Positions 20,197-28,439 of a stretch of DNA of 52,132 nucleotides are shown here, one piece after another (position 1 is the stretch's first letter; each line of letters opens with the position of its first letter). The DNA is taken from positions 1-52,132 of the forward strand of contig JAHFOI010000001.1 of assembly GCA_023266895.1 (NCBI GenBank). Reading direction: 5' to 3'. Made by a program: the position numbers and the translations under genes. Under the pieces are notes generated by a model. The model was not told the DNA's origin and did no database searches. It was given only the letters and a program-made list of their open reading frames with translations. Source of the DNA: Candidatus Woesearchaeota archaeon. GTDB lineage: Archaea > Nanobdellota > Nanobdellia > Woesearchaeales > ARS49.

Positions 20197-20211
20197 TTGG
20201 TGAAAATCTCG
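20197..20211. repeat. 15-nt direct repeat, right copy
   Basis: Identical to 18565-18579 and begins 6 nt after the dehydrogenase stop. Confidence 0.8.
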
Positions 20212-20289
20212 GAAGAATTATAGTGAATGACATAATTTTTTAGACAGTCAGCTTTCATTCGCTATTACGAACGGTTGCGAGAGTCTTGC

Positions 20290-20355
20290 AGACCTACGAA
20301 CCGAAGTGAGTATGGTTGAGCGTAGCGTGAGACCTACGAACCGAAGTGAGTATGG
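20290..20355. repeat. Two perfect 26-nt direct repeats, 40-nt period (agacctacgaaccgaagtgagtatgg)
   Basis: Copies at 20290-20315 and 20330-20355. A degenerate unit lies upstream (about 20263-20285, tacgaacggttgcgagagt), and a third GTGAGTAT occurs at 20383-20390. Confidence 0.85.
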
Positions 20356-20481
20356 ACAAGTATTGTATGAAAACTTTTGTCAGTGAGTATATAACCCAGT
20401 AGCAGCTAACGCAGCTATGAGGTGGGGACTTGATCCCTGCAGGAAAAATAAAAAACGTTTAGTATAAAAGATTGGTAGTGT

Positions 20482-21177
20482 TCAGTCAGTATGTGTCAGT
20501 TCAGGTTGCACTGGTGTAGGTGTTTGGCTTGTTGATACGTTTTTTTGGGCAGCAATGGCATTCTCAAGTGCTTCTTTGGTTGCAACAGTTTGGAATATCA
20601 TTTCATAATTTAGTACAAGTGCAGGTGCGCGAGAAATGTTGTAATATTCTTCTAAAAAGCGCAGGTCTTGAGAGTAATTAAACTCAAGGGCATACACTTG
20701 TGCACCATGTTTGTTCACGAGTTCATCAAGAATTTTGCCTTGTTCACTGCTTTCTTTGCTGTGTTGTGTGTAATAAAAAAGAATGACTGGACTTGATGAA
20801 TTGCAGTTTTCTGTAAGACGAAAGTTCAGGGTATATGTGCGAATTTGTAGTAAGTGATACTGGCGTTTTAATATATCATAATTAACGCCTAAGTCGTGGC
20901 GTGCGCTGTTTGTGCTTAGTAAGTTGCCTAAGTGATAGAGTTGGTCGCCGAGTTCATTCACGCGCTGGCGTGCAAGATCACAGCCTTGCGGTCCTAATGT
21001 TTTTACGAGCTCTTGCTCAAGTAAAAAGCTTTCTGTGTTGAGTTCAGTGTTTTTTAAAATCTTTGTTGCTTCTGAGAGTTTTGAGGTGCTCAAGCTCCAG
21101 CCGAGTAAAATGCCTAGTGCAAATGCAATGCATACTGCAAGTATTGTTGCAGTGAAAAAAAGCTGGCGTTTTACCAT
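20482..21177 (-). CDS. Membrane-anchored protein, paralog of the N-terminal module of 16388-18514
   Basis: ATG 21177 (MVKRQLFFTATILAVCIAFALGILLGW) overlaps the GT2 stop as ATGGTAA. An earlier track start would overlap GT2 by 157 nt. Confidence 0.6.
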   Translation of the reverse strand: MVKRQLFFTATILAVCIAFALGILLGWSLSTSKLSEATKILKNTELNTESFLLEQELVKTLGPQGCDLARQRVNELGDQLYHLGNLLSTNSARHDLGVNYDILKRQYHLLQIRTYTLNFRLTENCNSSSPVILFYYTQHSKESSEQGKILDELVNKHGAQVYALEFNYSQDLRFLEEYYNISRAPALVLNYEMIFQTVATKEALENAIAAQKNVSTSQTPTPVQPELTHTD

Positions 21178-22427
21178 TTTTTTTTGGTCCTCAGCAGGTC
21201 GTGCGCAAGTGATGCAATCCAGTGCATGCATGTTAGATATGGTCCAACAATAATATACAGCCAGATCTGTATTGCATGACGCAGTAGTTTTTCTTTCATA
21301 CGACGATGAGCCAGCACTAAAATCCACAAACCTAGTGCGCTGCCAAGAAGTATGGGAAGAAGCACTTGTACATTTTGTCCAATGAGAACTTCTTTCAGGT
21401 TAGGAAAATCAAGCACGTGATTAAGAAAATACCCATTTACACTCAGGCTTCGTGCAACAAAAGTGGTCCAGGAATCAATAACTCCGTATGATACAAAACC
21501 CATGGTAACTAAAAGCAAGACCACACTAATAACATTTAAGGGCAACTGAAACAAGCCAAGCAAACCGTAGTCTGGGTTACCAATGAGACGTCTATATTTT
21601 AGGTGATTATACAAAAAGCCACGAAACCAGCGCACTCGCTGACCCCAGAGTTTGCGAAAGGTATCTGGCACAAAGGTGTAGCCCAATGAGTGCTGGCTCA
21701 TTTTTATGTCATAGTGGTGTGCGCGTAAGCGTAGTCCCATTTCTAGATCTTCAGTAAGATTTTCTCTGCTTCCATCAAAACCACCCAAGGAACGCACAAC
21801 TCGTGTCCTAAAAATGCATAGCACTCCGTGTGAGAAAAAAAGAGTTCCCATTTTTCCAAAGAGTTGCCGTATTAAGTCGCTCAAAATATATTCTACGCGT
21901 TGTAGTTTTTCGTATATGTTTTTTGGATCATCAACTTTTATTGATGGAATAACTGCGCCAATACGTGGTGAATCAAACAAACTCAGGCTTATGCGTATGC
22001 AATTTGATGCGACACGACTGTCACAGTCAAGTACTGCAAAAAAGGTGCCTGATGCCTGCTCAAGTGCAGAGTTTACCGCTGCACCTTTGCCTTTGTTTAC
22101 TTTGTGACGTAGGAGTGTGATATTCATGTTTTTGTGGGAGTTCATAAACTGACGTACAATTTGCAGAGTATTGTCAGAACTTTTGTCATCAACAACAATA
22201 ATTTGCAATAATTCCTGAGGGTAGTCAAGTTGTTGGATTGATTCAAGTGTTCTTACAATACCTCGGCGACTGCCTTTTGCCCCATTAAGTACAGGTATGG
22301 CAATAGATACTGTTTCTTTTGGTGTGCACATGCGTATAGGTGCGTCTTGGCCAAAAAATGCAACACTTAACCACAAAATAGAAAGCCATAAGCTTACAAA
22401 GCTTACTGCCCAAAGAACATATTGCAT
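21171..22427 (-). CDS. Processive family-2 glycosyltransferase (QxxRW type, membrane-integrated)
   Basis: Motifs VVDDKSSDNT, DCDS and GQRVRWFRG, plus N- and C-terminal TM helices. Confidence 0.8.
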   Translation of the reverse strand: MQYVLWAVSFVSLWLSILWLSVAFFGQDAPIRMCTPKETVSIAIPVLNGAKGSRRGIVRTLESIQQLDYPQELLQIIVVDDKSSDNTLQIVRQFMNSHKNMNITLLRHKVNKGKGAAVNSALEQASGTFFAVLDCDSRVASNCIRISLSLFDSPRIGAVIPSIKVDDPKNIYEKLQRVEYILSDLIRQLFGKMGTLFFSHGVLCIFRTRVVRSLGGFDGSRENLTEDLEMGLRLRAHHYDIKMSQHSLGYTFVPDTFRKLWGQRVRWFRGFLYNHLKYRRLIGNPDYGLLGLFQLPLNVISVVLLLVTMGFVSYGVIDSWTTFVARSLSVNGYFLNHVLDFPNLKEVLIGQNVQVLLPILLGSALGLWILVLAHRRMKEKLLRHAIQIWLYIIVGPYLTCMHWIASLAHDLLRTKKKW

Positions 22428-22775
22428 ACACTCCTTAGTAGCACCTGCTCTTTTAAAGTTTTCGTCAAGAAAGGGTTCTGTCCAGTATTGCTACTTTTTG
22501 GTGCACGCAGAAGATGCATTAATGGTATCTGACTGAATACTTCGTGATAGTTTAGAAACACACTGCGAGCATGGCGCAGTTCTGGCATCCTTTGCCAGCA
22601 GCAGATACTAATTTCAAATGTCCGATTTTTGCGGACAACTCAAAACTTCATGAAGTCGAAATTTCTGGGGGGGTCAAAACTTTGGTTAATCCTGATGTTA
22701 ATTCCAACTTGAGATTTGAGCTAAAAAGTTGGTCAAATTAAAAACTTTAAGAAGTATGAAAAAAGAAATTGACTT

Positions 22776-23045
22776 CTAAATTCTTTCATTGGCAGCCGAA
22801 AGATAACTTCGAGTTTTGTATGCGTTTCTAACTCTGTCGTCCCAGTCTGCTCTTTCTGATGGGCTTAATCCACTATCGCCATCATCCAAAATTTTTCTTG
22901 CTGTTTCTTCAGCAGTTTTTGCACCTAAATCGTATTTTCCACCTTTCGCACTCTCTATTGTAGTAACTGCTGTGCTCAATGCAGTTCTAGCTGTTCGTTC
23001 TCTTTGAAGGGCTTTCACATACTTATCTACAATTTCTTCTGACAT
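22776..23045 (-). CDS. Small hypothetical protein
   Basis: ATG 23045 (MSEEIVDKYVKAL...). The longer track ORF overlaps the upstream gene. Confidence 0.4.
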   Translation of the reverse strand: MSEEIVDKYVKALQRERTARTALSTAVTTIESAKGGKYDLGAKTAEETARKILDDGDSGLSPSERADWDDRVRNAYKTRSYLSAANERI

Positions 23046-23091
23046 TTTAGTTTGCCTTTCATGTATTGTATGGGAAATTAATTTTGCAATC

Positions 23092-23328
23092 TTACGCAGC
23101 AGCAGGGTGTTTGATGAACAATTCTTCAAGTCGTTTGAGTTTTTGGTATTCCTCATCAGGTTCTGGGAATATGCTCCCTAATCCTGCATAATCATGTGTG
23201 CCTGCGAGAAACTGTTCAAAAGCTTGTGAACGCTTGTGGTCTTCAGCTGTAGGAAAAAGAGAGCGGAGCATTTCATACTTTTCATAAGGTAACTTTTGGC
23301 CAGGCATTGGCGTGTAATAGTCTGTCAT
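23092..23328 (-). CDS. Small hypothetical protein
   Basis: 78-aa ORF with an ATG start, in tandem with 22776-23045. Confidence 0.4.
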   Translation of the reverse strand: MTDYYTPMPGQKLPYEKYEMLRSLFPTAEDHKRSQAFEQFLAGTHDYAGLGSIFPEPDEEYQKLKRLEELFIKHPAAA

Positions 23329-23416
23329 GATTTGCTTAAAGAGAGTCTGGTATTTAAAGCTTTCTGTTGTAACTACTGTGCAGAAATTACTTGCTTATTA
23401 CTTGTGCTGCTCTGTT

Positions 23417-24178
23417 CTATCGTATCTTTCCTGCTTGCCATTGCTTGAGTATCATGACTGAGGTGCGTTCAATATCAGGCAGTTTGCCTTTGAGAATTAG
23501 TCCTTGTTTGAGGGCAATGCTTGCAAGTGTTTGTTCTTTGTCTTCTTGTTGAGGGACATGGTAGTGGTTTTCTATGCGTCCAGGATATGCGTCCATGATT
23601 GCCATAATGACTACGTCAGGGTCTTTTTCTGTTCTGTAATCTATTGCGCCAATAATTGCGTGTTTGAGTTTGGCGCCAGGTTGAGTTTTTTCTTTTATTG
23701 GAATAATGCCTGGTGTGTCAACAAAGGTGATGTTGCCTCGCATGCTCGCGATTTTCTTCTTCCCGCGAGTATAGCCTGCGAGGTTGCTTGTTTTTGCTGA
23801 TCCTTTGCCTGTCATGGCATTGATCAGGCTTGATTTGCCAACATTAGGGTATCCGAGTACGCCTACAAAGATAGTGGTTTTTTTAAGGCCTGCTCTGGAT
23901 GCTTCTCCAAATATTTTTTGTTTGAGCTGGTTAAGACCGTGATAGTTTGTTGATGAAACAAAGACGCAGGGATGTAGTGTATGTTTGAGTTTTTCCAATT
24001 GGTCTGGGTGTACCAGGTCACATTTGGTGACTGTGTAAATGAGTGGTTTTTTTTCAGCTTTCACATGCATTTCTATATCTTTGTGGCGTGTTTCTTCAAT
24101 CATGCGTGCATCAATCAAGAGTAGCACAACATCTGCTGCCTTGATGACTTGTGATACAATTCCCCAGAATTTTCCCAT
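23417..24178 (-). CDS. Circularly permuted GTPase (YlqF/YawG, ribosome-biogenesis type)
   Basis: G4 TKCD precedes G1 GYPNVGKSS and G3 DTPG. Confidence 0.8.
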   Translation of the reverse strand: MGKFWGIVSQVIKAADVVLLLIDARMIEETRHKDIEMHVKAEKKPLIYTVTKCDLVHPDQLEKLKHTLHPCVFVSSTNYHGLNQLKQKIFGEASRAGLKKTTIFVGVLGYPNVGKSSLINAMTGKGSAKTSNLAGYTRGKKKIASMRGNITFVDTPGIIPIKEKTQPGAKLKHAIIGAIDYRTEKDPDVVIMAIMDAYPGRIENHYHVPQQEDKEQTLASIALKQGLILKGKLPDIERTSVMILKQWQAGKIR

Positions 24179-24303
24179 GAATTGTTAAGGTGTGTGTAGG
24201 TTATAAAGGATGCTGTTGTTTTTTTCTTTCTCTCTTCATTCAGTTTTTCCTGTACATTTATAATCTCTTCCTTGTTTTTCACCTTATTTTGCTGGAGGTT
24301 GTT

Positions 24304-24447
24304 ATGCCAACTGATAAGAAAACTATGGATAAATTGCGTCGTGGGTATCGTGATAGTCTCGCGATTTTGGAAGAAAAGTGTAAGGCGGGTAATGCAAGTA
24401 AGGAAGAGTATCAGGAATTAACTAAGCTGCGTAAGAAGATGAAGTAA
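24304..24447 (+). CDS. Small (47 aa) basic hypothetical protein
   Basis: ATG 24304 is preceded by GGAGGT. Its last 24 nt are duplicated at 25636-25659. Confidence 0.4.
   Translation: MPTDKKTMDKLRRGYRDSLAILEEKCKAGNASKEEYQELTKLRKKMK
24424..24447. repeat. 24-nt direct repeat, left copy (aagctgcgtaagaagatgaagtaa)
   Basis: A 23/24-identical copy lies at 25636-25659, 1212 nt downstream. Confidence 0.85.
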
Positions 24448-24519
24448 ACAGCGCACAACAACCGTTGACTAAACAAAGAATTTATGCTGTACAATCCTGC
24501 TTAAAATTCTATGATTTCC

Positions 24520-25452
24520 TTAACCTAACATCTTAAGCAACCAGTTTCTGTTTTCAGCTATTGCACTAAGAATATACTTTGTTCTTCCTGCAAGATACTC
24601 ATTTCGTTGTCTTATGTTTGCAGTGCCATGAATCAGAGGATAAATTACATCTGCTGAAGAAGTGTTTCTATCAACTATTTCATGGTATAATGAAAATGAA
24701 GGAAGAATTCCAAAAAGTCGTGCTTGGAATCTTTCATTAGATTTAGAAGAAGGTTCATCTTTTTTTCGTGCTGATTTTTCATCAGATTCATCTCTAGATT
24801 CAAGCGAGGCGTACGCCAATATGCTCCTTAACTCTTTTTCGCTATCAGAAACTTTTTTAACTGCAGAGAAGTTAGTTCTGTCTGTCTCAAAATGAAGATA
24901 GTCAAGAGCGATTTGCCTTTGTGTTAAGGTTCGATGCAATGTTCTTTCAAGAACCGCCCTTGCATATCGAGATAAATAAACTTCACTGAAGTCATTTGGA
25001 TCAATCAGATCTGTACCGTGCAGATATACTTCTCTCATAGTCTTTTTATATGAACCATTTCTAATACTACCAAGTAGGTCTTCGGCGTCTACTTCTTTTT
25101 TCAAGATTTTTCGGCAAACTTTTTCGAATACAATTGCCTTTCTAACAACCAGATCGTTTATGTTAAAACAATTAAATGCGGTGGAGTATTCTTTCAAAAA
25201 AATAAGAGCGTTACTTGGGCTTTCTGGTTCTCCCCATGTAACTTCTTTGAAAAATTCGTATGCTTCATTAACAAAATCAAATGTTAAAAAATCATCACTT
25301 TTATCAATTGTGTGAATTTCTTTCTTCAGTTCAGAAAGATATGCCTCAACAATGTCGCATTCTTTTAGGTATGCTAAAGCTGGTGCACTGCCAATGCCGT
25401 ACTCTTGCTTCAAATCTTGCACGCGTTCAACTAGTGCTGCATCAACAATCAT
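24520..25452 (-). CDS. Hypothetical 310-aa protein (cassette cargo)
   Basis: Long ORF with an ATG start and no motif I can assign. It is the only gene between the 24-nt direct repeats. Confidence 0.55.
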   Translation of the reverse strand: MIVDAALVERVQDLKQEYGIGSAPALAYLKECDIVEAYLSELKKEIHTIDKSDDFLTFDFVNEAYEFFKEVTWGEPESPSNALIFLKEYSTAFNCFNINDLVVRKAIVFEKVCRKILKKEVDAEDLLGSIRNGSYKKTMREVYLHGTDLIDPNDFSEVYLSRYARAVLERTLHRTLTQRQIALDYLHFETDRTNFSAVKKVSDSEKELRSILAYASLESRDESDEKSARKKDEPSSKSNERFQARLFGILPSFSLYHEIVDRNTSSADVIYPLIHGTANIRQRNEYLAGRTKYILSAIAENRNWLLKMLG

Positions 25453-25635
25453 ATCTGATTAAGGTGCAGGGGTATTTTAAATCTTACGCTATGCGACTCC
25501 ATTTTCTTTTCAGGCTTCTCAAGATGAAATAATTCAAGAGATTAATATCATAAGAGGAATACAACTACTTGCTCTTACTGCTGGAGAACTTGTCTTTTAT
25601 GTTAAATGCGTTTCTTATGACTGAAGAAATACTCG

Positions 25636-25659
25636 AAGCTGCGTAAGAAAATGAAGTAA
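25636..25659. repeat. 24-nt direct repeat, right copy (remnant of the small-ORF 3' end)
   Basis: aagctgcgtaagaaaatgaagtaa ends 2 nt before the helicase stop codon (25662-25664). Confidence 0.85.
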
Positions 25660-25661
25660 TG

Positions 25662-26885
25662 TTAGCGGTGTTGTCGTTTCCAAAAAGGTCTGCTGCCTTG
25701 CCTGTTTTGTTGGCCTGCTTGATTTCTGCCACGAAATGAACCGTGCTGTGAGCGTTCATGAGAGGGTCCTGCAACCATACTTATTTTTTCAAATACGGGC
25801 AGGTTTTTTGAGGCAACGCTTCTGCCAACTGTGCGTAGTATGTTGCGAAACTCTCGTACGTCAGGAGGTGTGACAAAGGTAATTGCGTCGCCTGTTGCTC
25901 CTGCACGTGCTGTTCTTCCAATGCGGTGCACATAATCATCAGGTGTTTGTGGCAGGTCATAGTTGTACACGTGGGAGATGTTGTTGATGTGTAGTCCTCG
26001 TGATGCTACGTCGGTTGCGACCATGACTCCTAGTCCTCGTTTGTGGAGTGTTGTGATTGTTTGCATGCGTTTGTTTTGTGGCATGCCTCCATGAATTGCG
26101 ATTGCATTAATTGTTTGTGCACGTAGGTTTTTGGTGACTTTGTCGCAGGTTCTTCGTGTTGCGCAAAACACAAGTGCAATGCCTGTTGTTTCTTGTTTCA
26201 AAAAATGTGCGAGGAGTGAGAATTTGTCTTGCGAGCTTACTTCATAGGCTGTTTCTGTGAGCAGGCTGGTGTCAACCTGAGTTTTTGCCTCAACTGAAAC
26301 TGGTGTTTTCATGTATTTGTGAACCAGTGATCTCAGTCGTGGTGAGAGTGTTGCGCTGAATAAGAGTGTTTGGCGGTGTGCTGGTGTTTGGCGAAATATT
26401 TTTTCTACATCATCAATAAATCCCATGTCAAGCATTCTGTCTGCTTCATCGAGGACGAGGTAGTGTACGTTGTTGAGTTTGAGTCCGCGATCCATGAGGT
26501 CAAGAAGTCTTCCTGGTGTTGCCACCACAACATCTGCAGTGCGTACTGCGCTGATTTGGGGGCCAATGCCTACGCCGCCATATACTGCAACTATGTGGGT
26601 GCGTTGGTGTTTTGCAAAGCCTTTGAGTGCATCAGTTACTTGAACACAAAGTTCTCGTGTTGGTGTGATGATGAGCGCATTCAGCGCTTTGCCTGTGAGT
26701 TTGGCAAGGAGTGGTAATCCAAATGCTGCGGTTTTTCCTGAGCCTGTTTCTGAATGGCCAATAATGTCTTTTCCTTGCAGAATAAGGGGTATTGTTTTTT
26801 CTTGAATTGCAGTGGGTGTTGTGTACCCTTGTTCTTTTACTGCAGTAAGCAGGTGGGCTGGTAGGTTAAAATCTGAAAATTGCAT
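25662..26885 (-). CDS. DEAD-box ATP-dependent RNA helicase
   Basis: Motifs SETGSGKTAAF, PTRELC, DEAD, SAT and HRIGRTARAG, with an R/G/Q-rich C-terminal tail. Confidence 0.92.
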   Translation of the reverse strand: MQFSDFNLPAHLLTAVKEQGYTTPTAIQEKTIPLILQGKDIIGHSETGSGKTAAFGLPLLAKLTGKALNALIITPTRELCVQVTDALKGFAKHQRTHIVAVYGGVGIGPQISAVRTADVVVATPGRLLDLMDRGLKLNNVHYLVLDEADRMLDMGFIDDVEKIFRQTPAHRQTLLFSATLSPRLRSLVHKYMKTPVSVEAKTQVDTSLLTETAYEVSSQDKFSLLAHFLKQETTGIALVFCATRRTCDKVTKNLRAQTINAIAIHGGMPQNKRMQTITTLHKRGLGVMVATDVASRGLHINNISHVYNYDLPQTPDDYVHRIGRTARAGATGDAITFVTPPDVREFRNILRTVGRSVASKNLPVFEKISMVAGPSHERSQHGSFRGRNQAGQQNRQGSRPFWKRQHR

Positions 26886-27007
26886 AGGATCACATCACAT
26901 ACTGTTTGACAAGTCAAATGAGTAGTTGTCTATATAAATAAGGACGGTGCGTGATTATAAAGGTTTGGTTTTTTTGTAATTGGTTGGGTGAGGAGTCTTG
27001 CGTATCC

Positions 27008-27360
27008 TCATCGTTGTGTGATTTCGCGGTTTTCTTGCGCAAATACCTCCTTGCCTTTTTGCGCAACAAAAAGTCCTGGTAATTCAGAACTATCAAAGCA
27101 CTCAAAACCTGGGGTGTGAAAATCTGGACTTTGTGCAGAAATGTAATCCTTTGTTCTTCCTATTTCAATAACTTGTTCTTTGGAGGGGTTCACACTTTTG
27201 TCACGCGAAATACAACTGATTTTAAGAATACTAGTCTTGAGGTTGTAACTCCTGAAGATTTTTTGAAAAAGTATGGGTGAGTTCTGGTTTTTTGTTGCTA
27301 AGAGTGCGTCAGATCTGAGGTCCAGTCCATGATCTGAGTGCCAAATTGATCGTCGTCTTT
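27008..27360 (-). pseudogene. Possible decayed gene
   Basis: Three consecutive open segments on the minus strand are separated by an in-frame TAG (27298-27300) and one frameshift near 27193. The surrounding 508-nt stretch has no intact ORF over 61 aa. Confidence 0.2.
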
Positions 27361-27393
27361 AAATAATTGTCATATTCAATAAATCTGGATGTC

Positions 27394-27873
27394 CTACTGT
27401 TTTCTAATTTTGTCTACGAATTTATTTAGGGCAACATATAATTCGTGGTAGTCTTTGAGAATTTTATCATAATTTTCCCTATCGTATCTTTCGATTTTTG
27501 CACTCTCTTCTGGAGACAAAACTTTTTTGCATTTAACTTGTAACTCAGTATCTGATTTTCCATCCCACTTGTTATATTTTCCCAGAGTTTTATCATTTGA
27601 ACAATCCAAAATGACCCAGCTTCCATTCTGTTCAATCTCCAAATAAAGATGGAAATCTAATTCTTTTGGCGCTTTTTCAAATATTTCTTTTGGAATTTTT
27701 AATTCATCCCATCTAAATTCGCAGACTCTATATCTAACCTGATATCCTGCTTTCCTTAACTTATCATAAAGAATTCTATGTTTGCCCCAGCATCTATGGT
27801 CTACATCTTTTTTTGATTCTGGACAATGATAAGTTAAATCCCTTACTGAATTAAAAATCTCAATTGTTTTCAT
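27394..27873 (-). CDS. Transglutaminase-like cysteine protease-fold protein
   Basis: Cys-His-Asp pattern: RCWGKHRILYDKLRKAGYQVRYRV ... HLYLEI ... ILDCS. ATG 27873 has ttttatata 23-31 nt upstream (track start is TTG). Confidence 0.55.
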   Translation of the reverse strand: MKTIEIFNSVRDLTYHCPESKKDVDHRCWGKHRILYDKLRKAGYQVRYRVCEFRWDELKIPKEIFEKAPKELDFHLYLEIEQNGSWVILDCSNDKTLGKYNKWDGKSDTELQVKCKKVLSPEESAKIERYDRENYDKILKDYHELYVALNKFVDKIRKQ

Positions 27874-28068
27874 ACTTTTAATAAATTCCAATTGATATAT
27901 AAAATCTTTGTGATGGAGCTCCAGATTTACTCAAAGAATTTCCTTCTGAACGCTACACTACTCTTTTACCCTTCAGAGAATATAACCCTGATTAAGAAAT
28001 TCTAAGGTCTTTCAGAATTATTCATTCTTTCCGAAACACTTTAATACTTCTTCTTGATTTGTGTTGGT

Positions 28069-28350
28069 ATGATTATTGCGTCGTGGATGATTGCTGCTGG
28101 CTGGGGTTGTTTAGGTGGGCTTTTAAGAGCAGGTCTTGGTGTTGATAATGCGTATAGAGAAGAGCGCAAGATTATTGTGTTTTTTTTGATTCTCACACTT
28201 ATTGAGGCAGCAGTGTTTGGTGGGGTGCTTGGGTTTTTCTTGAAAGACTATACTCCGGTGTACAGTTTTCTTGCAGGTGTTGGTGGAACATCACTGCTTG
28301 ATAAGTTTGCCAGGCGCTTTAATATCTTGCCAGTAAAAATTGGCGGATAG
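28069..28350 (+). CDS. Small membrane protein (3 TM)
   Basis: Hydrophobic 93-aa ORF. ATG 28069 has tttaata 23-29 nt upstream. Confidence 0.45.
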   Translation: MIIASWMIAAGWGCLGGLLRAGLGVDNAYREERKIIVFFLILTLIEAAVFGGVLGFFLKDYTPVYSFLAGVGGTSLLDKFARRFNILPVKIGG

Positions 28351-28439
28351 TAAGTCTTGGTTCATAGACTTCATGAGTAAGTGATATTAAATTTGTTGTG
28401 TGAAAGGTGATCTGGAGAGGGTATGAGCAGGCTATAAAA

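Noticed and set aside
20290-20355. Possible mini-CRISPR array
   Set aside because: There are only two perfect 26-nt repeats, separated by a 14-nt spacer. There is no repeat palindromicity typical of CRISPR and no cas gene anywhere in the window.
25565-25774. 69-aa minus-strand ORF overlapping the helicase 3' end
   Set aside because: It overlaps the well-supported DEAD-box CDS in another frame and spans the duplicated 24-nt repeat. There are no supporting signals.
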